Source: Anaerolineae bacterium
GTDB lineage: Bacteria > Chloroflexota > Anaerolineae > S140-20
Reading direction: 5' to 3'
DNA length: 38,845 nt
Assembly: GCA_027021705.1 (NCBI GenBank)
Contig: JALUTT010000083.1
Span: forward strand, 1-38,845
Below are positions 1 to 8,929 of the stretch, one piece after another. Under the pieces are notes generated by a model that had not been told where the DNA came from, ran no database searches, and saw only the letters and a program-made list of their open reading frames with translations. Each line of letters starts with the position of its first letter. Position 1 is the first letter of the stretch. Made by a program: the position numbers and the translations under genes.

Positions 1-517
1 GCGGATTGACCGGAAAGGTGCGCTCCCCCATCCGCTCAATCCGTTCTCAAATCCGCTGACAGCTATCCGTTCCCAAGCGGATTGCTGTCAACGGATTAGG
101 GGAGCGGATTGACCGGAAAGGTGCGCTCCCCCATCCGCTCAATCCGTTCTCAAATCCGCTGACAGCTATCCGTTCCCAAGCGGATTGCTGTCAATGGATT
201 AGGGGAGCGGATTGACCGGAAAGGTGCGCTCCCCCATCCGCTCAATCCGTTCTCAAATCCGCTGACAGCTATCCGTTCCCAAGCGGATTGCTGTCAACGG
301 ATTAGGGGAGCGGATTGACCGGAAAGGTGCGCTGTGGAGGACTGCCACCCCCCATCCGCTCAATCCGTTCTCAAATCCGCTGACAGCTATCCGTTCCCAA
401 GCGGATTGCTGTCAACGGATTAGGGGAGCGGATTGACCGGAAAGGTGCGTTGTGGAGGACTGCCACCCCCCATCCGCTCAATCCGTTCTCAAATCCGCTG
501 ACAGCTATCCGTTCCCA
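1..517. repeat. Tandem array of imperfect-palindrome units (three of 103 bp, one of 118 bp, one partial); truncated by the window edge
   Basis: GCGGATTGACCGGAAAGGTGCG starts at 1, 104, 207, 310 and 428. Units 4 and 5 carry a 15-nt insert GTGGAGGACTGCCAC. The arms AATCCGCTGACAGCTATCCGT and GCGGATTGCTGTCAACGGATT are near reverse complements. Confidence 0.95.
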
Positions 518-615
518 CGAGAGAGGGGTCCGTAGCGGGCCGTCCACGAATTTCTCACGAATGCACGAATGAGGCGGTCCTTCATTCGTGTATTCGTGCC
601 CCATTCGTGGACGGC
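518..615. repeat. 98-bp palindromic REP-like element, copy 1
   Basis: Perfect 13-bp inverted repeat GCCGTCCACGAAT...ATTCGTGGACGGC with inner CACGAAT/ATTCGTG units. Second copy at 38622-38719 differs at 6 positions. Confidence 0.9.
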
Positions 616-701
616 CGGTCTCCCGATCTCCAACAGATCGTTGTCGCCCATCTGCTCGGTCCGCTCAACCCGTTCCTCAGCCTGCCGCCCCGCGTGCCGG
701 G

Positions 702-3386
702 CTACCGCGTCAGCAGTTCCGCCCAGCGGGCGGCCAGCCCGATCCACCCGATGAGCCGGAAGCCGCTCCCCTGCATCCGCCGGGCTAGGGCCTCGATCTC
801 CTCTCGCTCCGCCGAAGCGCCGACGCGCCTGGCCAGCCGGGTGAGGATGTAGAAGCCCCGCCACATCCAAGGCCCCCAGTAGACCGGCTCCTCGCCCGCC
901 CGGCCTCCGTCTCCCTCCGCCCAACGGCGCTCCCGCGCCGCCTCCTCGTACATCTGCTGTAACTGGATGAGGGCACGGAGCAGGGCGCGGGGGGGCGCTT
1001 CCCGTCGCCCATCCCCTCCCCTCTCCTCCGAGGCCACCGCCCGCGCCAGCCAGTGGGCCATCGCGTGGACGGTCTCCCGGTGGTCTGCCTCGCACGGCTC
1101 CAGGCCGAAGCGGGACCAGGGGAGCGGCCGGCCCAAAAAGGTGACGGCGTCCTTGCGGTGCAGCCGCCCCTCGGCGTCGCGCCAGGCGAGCGCCTTGGCC
1201 GCTCCCTCCGCTTCCCCTGCGTCCTCGGCCGCCAGGTAGAGGGGGTACTTGCCGCCCACCAGGGCGACCCCGGCGCTGGCGTGGAGGCCCGGATGGTCGG
1301 CGGCGAAGCGGGCCAGGTCGGCCCGTATCAGGCGGGCCAGCTCCACCACCGCGTCCCAGGCTCCCACGAAGAAGAGGTCGTCGCCGCCGGAGTAGATGGA
1401 GTAGAGCCGCTGCCGGCCCTCCTCCGTTCGCCCCACCCGCTCCGCCAACACCTCGACCCAGCCCTCGAAGTAGAGGCTCATGGCGAAGCTGAGGGCCGCC
1501 ATCCGGGAGAGGGTGGCGATCCGCTCCTCGTCCGGCCTCCCCTGCCGGTGGGTGAACCCTTGCTGGAAGATCCGCCCCAGGTCATCCACGTCCATCCGCA
1601 GCACCCCCAGCCGGGCGATGCCCGTGGACTGGGCCTCCAGCCAGGTGAAGGGCTTGATCCGCCCCCGGTACTTCCGGGGCAGCTCCTGGGGCAGCTCCTT
1701 CACCTCCTCGGTCGTCAGGGCCTCCATCAGCCCTTGCCGCTGCCGGTCCGGCAGGGTTGTGAACCACTCCGCGTCCGCCTCTTCGATGGTGGGGGTCACG
1801 TTGACCAGGAAGCGACGCCCGACGGCGGTGGAGGCGGTCGGACGCAGCGCCTCCATCGCGTCGTCCTTCAGGGCCAGGAGGAGGCGGGGCGTGGGCCCCT
1901 CGGCGATCCCATCCGGCTCCCGGGCCAGCCCGGCCCGGACGCCCAGGGCGGCCAGGACCTCTTGCCAGCCGCCGGGCGGGGTCGCCAGAGGGCCGCCGGG
2001 AACCTGGGGCGTCTCCGCCGTCGTCAGCCAGAGGTAGCGGGCGTGGCGCAGCTCGTCTCCCAAGGCTTCGTAGGAGCGGCAGGGCGGGCACTTCCGCACC
2101 CCGTCCTCCGGCCTCGTCCCGGGGTGCTCCCGTCCGCAGACCTGGCACTGCTGATCCTCGTTCCCGCCGTGGTCCTGGGGGAGGAAGAGGGCGTAAAGGG
2201 CCTCGTCCAGTTCGGCGAAGCGGTGCTGCTTAGCCTCACGCCGCCCTTCGGCCAGCCTTCCCCAGGCGTCGGCGATGCGCCCGTTGTAGAAATCGGCCCC
2301 GGCCAGCGGTTCCCAGGCCAGGGCCAGGTAGAGGTCACCCCGATGGTGGGTCAGCAGGATGCGGCTGAGGTCCTCCCGGACCTCTCGCAGCCGGGCCTCA
2401 TCGCCGGGACGGGCCAGCAGGTAGAGGTGGCCGCCGCCCTGGTAGATGAGGTTGGTGATGGGCAGCTCCAGGGCCCGCAGCACGAAACGGGCCACCGCCT
2501 CGGTGAGCAGTTGCAGGTAGAAGGAACGGCCTCGCAGGGCGCCGGCCGCTCCCTTGGAGGTGATCGTGTAGATGAAGTCCTGTACGCCGCTGAGGTCCCC
2601 ACCCACCAGGAGGGCCACCGGCGTCTCCTCCAGCGCCGACGGCGGCGGGGCGGTGGACTCTGCCTGCCGCTCCCGGTGCCACTGCCGCAGCGCGTTGAGC
2701 AGGGTGTCCACCTGGGCCTCTTCCATCCCCTGGAGGACGGCGGCCAGGGCAGCCGTCGTCCGGCTGTGGTCGTAGAGGCTCACGTCGGGCAGGGCGTGGT
2801 AGTAGGCGGAGGGGACACACCAAGTGTACCGCTGCATCAGGAGGAGCATGCTCTCCAGGTAGGTGGGGAGGTGACCGTCCGCTTCGTGGGCCTCCCGCAG
2901 CGCTTCCGCCCCCGCCTCGAAGCCTTGCCACAGGTGTTGGTACGCCTCGGCCACCCTCTCCGGGGGCATCTCCTCATCGGGGAAGAGGACCGCTTCGTCC
3001 AGGGCCAGGGGGCTCAGGGGCCAGTAGCGGTCGGCGGGTGCCCGCAGCGGTTTGCCGGCCTCTCCCTCGCCCGGCGGGTCCAGTTCCAGGCGGCAGAAGA
3101 TGGACAGCAGTTGCCGGGGCTGACGCTCTTGGGTGGGAACCCGCTCCCCGGAGGAGAGCCGGTCGGCCAGGGCGACCACTTTGGTCGTGTACCCTTCCAG
3201 GGGGGTGTCGTGGTGTCCTACCACCGGGTAAAGGTGTTCACGCCAGCGGCGGGGCACATAGTGGTGGACGAATTCGCCGCCCACGACGGTGTGGTGGCCT
3301 GACCTCCATCCGGCCCGCTGGGCGAACTTGCCGATGTCGTGGAGCAATGCGGCCAGCGCGATGGTGAAAGGGGATGCTGAGCTCAT
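702..3386 (-). CDS. cas10: Type III CRISPR-associated Cas10 (Csm1-like, probably III-A)
   Basis: HD motif LLHDIGKF, DVSLYDH, GDLSGVQDFIY, LRGRSFYLQLL, Zn finger CQVC..CPPC, MDVDDLG and YSGGDD palm motif. Start moved to ATG 3386, which follows an AGGAGG RBS. Confidence 0.96.
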   Translation of the reverse strand: MSSASPFTIALAALLHDIGKFAQRAGWRSGHHTVVGGEFVHHYVPRRWREHLYPVVGHHDTPLEGYTTKVVALADRLSSGERVPTQERQPRQLLSIFCRLELDPPGEGEAGKPLRAPADRYWPLSPLALDEAVLFPDEEMPPERVAEAYQHLWQGFEAGAEALREAHEADGHLPTYLESMLLLMQRYTWCVPSAYYHALPDVSLYDHSRTTAALAAVLQGMEEAQVDTLLNALRQWHRERQAESTAPPPSALEETPVALLVGGDLSGVQDFIYTITSKGAAGALRGRSFYLQLLTEAVARFVLRALELPITNLIYQGGGHLYLLARPGDEARLREVREDLSRILLTHHRGDLYLALAWEPLAGADFYNGRIADAWGRLAEGRREAKQHRFAELDEALYALFLPQDHGGNEDQQCQVCGREHPGTRPEDGVRKCPPCRSYEALGDELRHARYLWLTTAETPQVPGGPLATPPGGWQEVLAALGVRAGLAREPDGIAEGPTPRLLLALKDDAMEALRPTASTAVGRRFLVNVTPTIEEADAEWFTTLPDRQRQGLMEALTTEEVKELPQELPRKYRGRIKPFTWLEAQSTGIARLGVLRMDVDDLGRIFQQGFTHRQGRPDEERIATLSRMAALSFAMSLYFEGWVEVLAERVGRTEEGRQRLYSIYSGGDDLFFVGAWDAVVELARLIRADLARFAADHPGLHASAGVALVGGKYPLYLAAEDAGEAEGAAKALAWRDAEGRLHRKDAVTFLGRPLPWSRFGLEPCEADHRETVHAMAHWLARAVASEERGGDGRREAPPRALLRALIQLQQMYEEAARERRWAEGDGGRAGEEPVYWGPWMWRGFYILTRLARRVGASAEREEIEALARRMQGSGFRLIGWIGLAARWAELLTR

Positions 3387-3448
3387 GCTTTCTTCCTCCT
3401 GGAGCCTGGCAGACTCAGCGATTCGGCGATTCGGCAATTATGCCCCCT

Positions 3449-3477
3449 ATTGTAGCACAGGACGGCGGTCTTGAACA
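3449..3477 (-). promoter_or_regulatory. Putative sigma70 extended -10 promoter for cas10
   Basis: Minus strand TGcTACAAT at 3457-3449; -35 box is weak. Confidence 0.5.
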
Positions 3478-3576
3478 TAACCCCGGGGTTGGGTAGGGCT
3501 CTTCAGCCGTTCCGGCCTGGGAGCCAGACCGGGAGGGGGCGATGGTCTCTTTACGTTCGGGCGTCGTCGGACTGGA

Positions 3577-3781
3577 ACCCTCCCGCAGGTTCTACCCACG
3601 GCCTAAAGCGCGTTGTAGGCTGTTGCCGGTAGGCCATTGCCATCGCCGAGTACCTTGGGACCTGCGGGAGGGTGCGCAGGGGGAACCCTCCCGCAGGTTC
3701 TACCCACGGCCTAAAGCGCGTTGTAGGCCGCTGCCGGTAGGCCGTTGCCATCACCGAGTACCTTGGGACCTGCGGGAGGGT
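3577..3781. repeat. Two tandem 97-bp elements (3577-3673, 3685-3781) with 14-bp terminal inverted repeats
   Basis: ACCCTCCCGCAGGT...ACCTGCGGGAGGGT; the two copies are near-identical with a 108-bp period. Confidence 0.92.
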
Positions 3782-3797
3782 CAAGGTCAACCACCGC

Positions 3798-3826
3798 TTG
3801 ACAACCCCCCTCGGGGATGGTAAGAT
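3798..3826 (+). promoter_or_regulatory. Near-consensus sigma70 promoter
   Basis: TTGACA (3798-3803), 17-nt spacer ending TGG, TAAGAT (3821-3826). Confidence 0.75.
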
Positions 3827-3887
3827 TAGGCCACATTCCTACGCTCGCCGAAAAATCGTCCTGCCACCCCTATACCAGGAGGAACGG

Positions 3888-4235
3888 ATGATCGGTCTGC
3901 CCTACCGTCTGGTCCGATGGCTGATCCTGGCCATCGGGGCCCTCATCGTCGGGGCCCTCGTCGTCCTCCGACCTCAGGATGGGGCCTTGATCGGCTTGGT
4001 CTTGCTGCTGATCTTCACCGGCCTCTCGGCCATCTACCCGCCCGGCTTCTACGCCTGGCTCATCCACGGCACCTGCCCCCAGTGCGGCGGTCGGGTGACC
4101 TGGCGGGTGGACCAACTCCCGGAACCTTACGAAGAGCACATCAGTGTGCGATGCACCCGTTGCGACTGGAAACGCGCGGAGTTCGATTGGGTGCCCCCGG
4201 GTAAGTCCCCCACGACTCCCGGGATGCATCACTAA
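3888..4235 (+). CDS. Small membrane protein, two TM helices plus C-terminal zinc ribbon
   Basis: AGGAGG before ATG 3888; two hydrophobic helices; CPQC...CTRC. Confidence 0.8.
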   Translation: MIGLPYRLVRWLILAIGALIVGALVVLRPQDGALIGLVLLLIFTGLSAIYPPGFYAWLIHGTCPQCGGRVTWRVDQLPEPYEEHISVRCTRCDWKRAEFDWVPPGKSPTTPGMHH

Positions 4236-4237
4236 AC

Positions 4238-4270
4238 GGCCAGCACCGGCACTCCGGGCCGGTGTTGGCC
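4238..4270. other. GC-rich hairpin without U-tract
   Basis: GGCCAGCACCGGC, 7-nt loop, GCCGGTGTTGGCC. Confidence 0.5.
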
Positions 4271-4294
4271 TGTGGGACGCATCACGAACTGCCG

Positions 4295-4513
4295 GTGTCC
4301 CCCAGACCCTCCATCCCCAACTGGTTGGCGCGCCTCCTGAAGCTCAGGACCTCCCGGAGGGCGGTCATGGCCCTCCAGATCCTGGCCCTCTCCGTCGCCC
4401 TGATCATCCCCTGGCCGCTCTACTGGGCTGCTCAGGCGGCGAACCGTCCCCTGGTTCTCCTCTGGATGGGTGTGATGACGGCTGCGATGCTCCTGGCGAT
4501 GGTCGTCGGCTAG
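4295..4513 (+). CDS. Small two-TM hypothetical protein (start uncertain: 4262, 4295 or 4367)
   Basis: Two hydrophobic segments (ALQILALSVALIIPWPLYW; LVLLWMGVMTAAMLLAMVVG). Confidence 0.6.
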   Translation: MSPRPSIPNWLARLLKLRTSRRAVMALQILALSVALIIPWPLYWAAQAANRPLVLLWMGVMTAAMLLAMVVG

Positions 4514-4645
4514 CTTGGAATGAGGTAGCAGCTCAGGTGGCAGATCCCTTCGGTGGGTGTCCGGGACCCGATCGGTCTGCGCGTGCCGTCAGCCCGGCTC
4601 TAGGACCTCTGTCCAGGTGGCTGACACCTCTGCCTGAATGGCCCA

Positions 4646-7564
4646 ATGATCACCTGTTCTGTCTGCCGTACCGACAACCCAGCGGTGGCCCGCTACTGCT
4701 ATCACTGCGGCAAGCCCTTGGCGGCGGGTCCGACTTTGGAGGGGGCCTCCCCCTCTCGGTCGCCACGCAGCTTTGCCGAGTGGATCGCAGCCGGAGCCAT
4801 CGCGCCGGCCGAGCGCCGTCAGGTCACCATGCTGGCCTGCGACATCGTGGGGTCCACCCCGATGGCCGAGAGCATGGGCGCGGAGGATTTCCTGGACCTG
4901 GTCAACCGGGCCTTCGACACTATGCTGGTCCCCATCTTCGAGTACGGCGGCTACCTGGCCCGCCTGGAGGGGGACGGCTTCAAGGCCTTCTTCGGCGCGC
5001 CCGAGGCCCACGAGGATGACCCCCTACGGGCTGTGCGGGCGGGGCTGGCCATCCAGGAGCACGCCCGGGCCCTGGCCGAGGAGTTTGCCCGACGCTGGGG
5101 CGTCACCGACTTCGCCGTGCGGGTGGGCATCAACACCGGCCCCGTCGTTGTCGGACGGGTGGGCCGGGGAACCGATGCCGAGTACACGGCGATGGGGATC
5201 GCGATGAACCTGGCCGCCCGGCTGGAGTCGGCCGCCCGCCCCGGCACCGTCCTCATCAGCGAGGACACTTACCGGCTGGTCGCGCCCTACGTGGAGGTGG
5301 AGGACCTGGGCCTCATTCAGGTCAAAGGGAAGCGGGACCCGGTTCGGGCCTACGAGGTGCGGAAGCTCCGCCTCCGGCCCGACCAGATGTACGGCCCCCT
5401 GCACGTCCACACCCCACTGGTGGGCCGCAGCGTCGAGATGGCCCTGCTGGGAGAGGCGTTGCGGCGGCTGCGCCAGGGCGAGGGGGGCATCGTCCTCGTC
5501 ATCGGCGAGGCGGGGATGGGGAAGTCCCGCTTGATCGCCGAGGCCTGCCGCGCTCAGCCGGCCGATGCTGCCGGCTTCCTCTGCCTGGAAGGCCGGCCCT
5601 ACGCCGAAGGGCAGGTCGTCCGGGGCGCGATGGGCGACCTGCTCCGCCGCTACGTGGGGATCGGCGACGAGGACTCCCCCGGCGATGCCTGGCGCAAGCT
5701 CTATGCCGCCGTGGGCAGCCGCTTCCCCGGCCAGGTGGAGGAGCTGGCCCCCTTCCTGGGGCTCCTCCTCGGCCTGCCGCCGGAGGGCGGGGCCCTGGAG
5801 CGGGTGACCGGCCTGGACCCGGAAGCCACGGAGCGGGGCATCTTCCGGGCCCTGCGCCTCTGGCTGGAATCGCTGGCCCAGGAGTACCCCCTCGTCCTGG
5901 TGCTGGACGACCTCCAATGGGCTGATGAACTCTCCGTCCGCCTCTTGGCCGACCTAATGGCCTTGGTCGAAGAGGTCCCCCTTCTCCTTGTCCTCTCCTT
6001 CCGCCCGGAGCGGGAGGCGGCCTGCTGGCAGCTTCGCCGGCTGGCCCAGCGGGAGCACCCCGACCGGACCCGGGAGATCGTCCTCAGCGGCCTCTCCATC
6101 GAAGCGGCGATGGAGATGATTGACTACCTGCTGGAGACGGAGAGCCTGCCCGAGCGGATCCACCGGCTCATTCTGGCCCGTTCTGAGGGTAACCCCATGT
6201 TCCTGGAGGAGGTGGTCCGCTCCCTCATTGAGCACGGGGTGCTGGCCCGCTCCGGCGACCGCTGGCGCGTCACCGGCGACGTCCCCGCCAGCCTCATCCC
6301 CGCCTCCCTCCACGGGGCGATTTTGGCCCGTCTGGACCGGCTGGACAGGCCGACCCGACGGACGCTCCAGTTGGCGGCCGTCATCGGGCGGACCTTCAAC
6401 GTGCAGGTGCTGGAGGCGATCAGCGATGCCCCCGAGGAGCTTCCCGCCCGGCTGGAGCGGTTGCAGCGGGCCGAGATCATCCGCCTGGCACGACGGGGGG
6501 AGGACCCGGAGTACACCTTCCGGCACGCCCTCACCCAGCAGGTGGCCTACGATACGCTGTTGGTGCGCCAGCGGCGGGCGATCCACCGCCGTATCGCGGC
6601 GGCCATCGAACAGCTCTACGCCGACCGGCTGGCGGAGCACTACGAGCGGCTGGCCTACCACTACGCGGCGGCCGAGGCCTGGCCCGAGGCCCTCACCTAC
6701 CACCTCCAGGTCGCCCGGCAGGCCCAGGCCCGCTTCGCCAACACCCAGGCGATGGAGCACTACCGGCGGGCCTGGGAGATCCTGGAGCAGGGGCGGGCCG
6801 GCGGCGACCGGGAGCGGGCCCAGGTGCGCGAGGGGCAGGGCGACCTGGCTGCCCTCTTCGGACGCTACGCCCAAGCGGTCCAGCGCTACGAGGAGGCCCT
6901 GCAGGGGGTTCACGAAGACCTCGACCGGGTGCGGCTGCTGCGCAAGCTGGGCGATGTCTGCGCCCGCTGGGGCCGGTACGATGAGGCCATCGCCTACTTG
7001 GAGCGGGGGCTGGAGATCGCCCAACCCCTCGATTCGGGGCGGGAGGTGGCCCGCCTCCTGGTAGCGCTGAGCCAGGTCTACGCCCGGCGGGGGGACCTGG
7101 AGCGGAGCATCGAGCAGGGCGAACGGGCCCTGGAGATCTTCCGGCGGCTGGACGACCGGCGGGGCCAGGCGGAGGCCTACAACTCCCTGGGGATCGCCTG
7201 CTGGGCCAAGGGCGACGTGGACGCTGCCGTGAGCTATCACGAGCGGAGCATGCTGGCCCGGGCCAGCCTGGGCGACATCTACGGGCTGGCCGGCTCCTAC
7301 AACAACCTAGGGGCCGTCTACGCTGCCCGAGGGGAGTGGGAGAAGGCCCTCTCCCACTACCGGCGGGCCCGGGACCTCTGCCGGCAGATCGGCTACCAGC
7401 ACGGGCTGGCCGCCGCCTACGACAACCTGGGCGAGGTCTACCGCCAGATGGGGCGTCAGCAAGAGGCCCTGGCTTGCCTGGAGAAGGCTGTCGAGATCTA
7501 CGCCCGCATCGGCCTGAGCGAGCAGGACATCCAGACGGAGATGTGGAAGTTGAAGGTCTGGTGA
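4646..7564 (+). CDS. Zinc ribbon - class III adenylate/guanylate cyclase - STAND-like ATPase - TPR protein
   Basis: CSVC/CYHC; cyclase motifs CDIVGST, EGDG, NLAARLE, VKGK; Walker A GEAGMGKS; Walker B LVLDDLQWAD; GNPMFLEE; C-terminal TPR repeats. Confidence 0.93.
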   Translation: MITCSVCRTDNPAVARYCYHCGKPLAAGPTLEGASPSRSPRSFAEWIAAGAIAPAERRQVTMLACDIVGSTPMAESMGAEDFLDLVNRAFDTMLVPIFEYGGYLARLEGDGFKAFFGAPEAHEDDPLRAVRAGLAIQEHARALAEEFARRWGVTDFAVRVGINTGPVVVGRVGRGTDAEYTAMGIAMNLAARLESAARPGTVLISEDTYRLVAPYVEVEDLGLIQVKGKRDPVRAYEVRKLRLRPDQMYGPLHVHTPLVGRSVEMALLGEALRRLRQGEGGIVLVIGEAGMGKSRLIAEACRAQPADAAGFLCLEGRPYAEGQVVRGAMGDLLRRYVGIGDEDSPGDAWRKLYAAVGSRFPGQVEELAPFLGLLLGLPPEGGALERVTGLDPEATERGIFRALRLWLESLAQEYPLVLVLDDLQWADELSVRLLADLMALVEEVPLLLVLSFRPEREAACWQLRRLAQREHPDRTREIVLSGLSIEAAMEMIDYLLETESLPERIHRLILARSEGNPMFLEEVVRSLIEHGVLARSGDRWRVTGDVPASLIPASLHGAILARLDRLDRPTRRTLQLAAVIGRTFNVQVLEAISDAPEELPARLERLQRAEIIRLARRGEDPEYTFRHALTQQVAYDTLLVRQRRAIHRRIAAAIEQLYADRLAEHYERLAYHYAAAEAWPEALTYHLQVARQAQARFANTQAMEHYRRAWEILEQGRAGGDRERAQVREGQGDLAALFGRYAQAVQRYEEALQGVHEDLDRVRLLRKLGDVCARWGRYDEAIAYLERGLEIAQPLDSGREVARLLVALSQVYARRGDLERSIEQGERALEIFRRLDDRRGQAEAYNSLGIACWAKGDVDAAVSYHERSMLARASLGDIYGLAGSYNNLGAVYAARGEWEKALSHYRRARDLCRQIGYQHGLAAAYDNLGEVYRQMGRQQEALACLEKAVEIYARIGLSEQDIQTEMWKLKVW

Positions 7565-7719
7565 TCTCCGGTGAGGATGCCGCTGCCCGCCCCGGTGAGA
7601 CGACGAGAGCGGCGGGCAGGAGCAGGGACAAGCCCGGTTTGGGCCGGGGAGGAGGCAGGTCTCGCCTCGCAAAAGGGGACTTGGGCAATGCTTGTGGATT
7701 GAGCGATGGGCGGGGAACG

Positions 7720-8784
7720 ATGATCGTGACGCATGACGTTAGACGGCACATCCTTGCTTATCTTGAGGACCATCAGAATCTTGAACCGCTATTCATCCTC
7801 GGAGATGCGGCTACTGTGCTTCGGGCCATACCGGGTGAATCCATAGATTTCTGTATGACCAGTCCTCCGTACTGGAGAAAACGGCAGTATCCCAACGGTG
7901 GGATTGGTCTAGAGAAAGACTACCGAGAGTACATCTCGGCCCTTCTGCGCGTATTCGCCGAGGTGAAAAGAGTGCTCAAAACGACTGGCTCTTTTTGGCT
8001 AAACATAGGCGATACATATCACAAAAAGGGCTTGGTTGGCATCCCTTGGCGAGTTGCAATTTCGTTGATGGATGAGCAGGGTTGGATAATGCGCAATGAC
8101 ATTATCTGGAACAAATTGAAAGGGTCTCCCGATACGGCTAAGGATCGGCTAAGAAACCTCCACGAGTACCTTTTCCACTTTGTGAAGATGCCCAGAGGCT
8201 ACTATTACGATGTTGATGCCATTCGCTCAAAACCGAGAAAGGCGAGGGTGGTGAATGGTGCGGTTGTGTCTGCCACGGGTGTTACGGGAGTCCGCTACAA
8301 GCGTCAGATAGAACTGTCAACTGCTCTCAGCGAGGCGGAGAAAAAGAGAGCGTTTCAAGCCTTGGAAGAAATGCTGGGAAAAGTAAAGCGTGGCGAGATT
8401 GCAGACTTCCGTATGATAATACGTGGACAGCATCGAACAACGCACTCGGACTCGGAGCGGGTCTCTGGGCGCGCGAGGGAGCTTAGGGAAAAGGGATTTT
8501 ACTTTCTTGTCTATCATCCCAAAGGTAGCAAGCCCGGCGATGTCTGGGATATACTTCCTGAAGATACCCAAAAACGGCACAAGCATTTTGCACCCTATCC
8601 TGAAGATTTGTGCAGAGTGCCGATCATCGCTACCTGTCCACCAGAGGGGATTGTCCTGGACCCCTTCTGTGGTACAGGCACAACGATGTTGGTTGCCCGA
8701 AAGCTAGGGCGAAAGTCGCTGGGGATTGACATCGCCTTAGACTACCTTAAAATTGCAGAGGAAAGGTGTCGGTTACTGTTATGA
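7720..8784 (+). CDS. Site-specific DNA methyltransferase (beta class N4-C/N6-A, SPPY type)
   Basis: TSPPYW catalytic motif precedes VLDPFCGTGTT SAM-binding motif; WLNIGD; visibly lower GC than flanks. Start set at ATG 7720. Confidence 0.92.
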   Translation: MIVTHDVRRHILAYLEDHQNLEPLFILGDAATVLRAIPGESIDFCMTSPPYWRKRQYPNGGIGLEKDYREYISALLRVFAEVKRVLKTTGSFWLNIGDTYHKKGLVGIPWRVAISLMDEQGWIMRNDIIWNKLKGSPDTAKDRLRNLHEYLFHFVKMPRGYYYDVDAIRSKPRKARVVNGAVVSATGVTGVRYKRQIELSTALSEAEKKRAFQALEEMLGKVKRGEIADFRMIIRGQHRTTHSDSERVSGRARELREKGFYFLVYHPKGSKPGDVWDILPEDTQKRHKHFAPYPEDLCRVPIIATCPPEGIVLDPFCGTGTTMLVARKLGRKSLGIDIALDYLKIAEERCRLLL

Positions 8785-8929
8785 ATGGAATCCTGGAGCT
8801 TTATGGAATATCCTCGCGTAAGCCGGGCGGGGAAACGTTATTTGTCATAGGAGGTCCTGCCTGACTTACCATTTCATCCAACCCCGTCATCGTAGCGTAG
8901 ATGAACTTACAAGGAGGGTACGAGCGACG

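Noticed and set aside
1..517. CRISPR array next to cas10
   Set aside because: Units are near-identical along their whole 103-118 bp; there is no short repeat with unique spacers.
371..1095. Minus-strand ORFs 371-604 and 505-1095 as csm2
   Set aside because: They translate repeat DNA or overlap cas10 out of frame and have no Csm2-like features.
3542..3823. Small ORFs with duplicated peptides on both strands
   Set aside because: They are translations of the 108-bp tandem duplication.
7336..7719. N-terminal extension of the methyltransferase
   Set aside because: Overlaps the cyclase gene in another frame; the composition shift and protein-like sequence begin near 7720.
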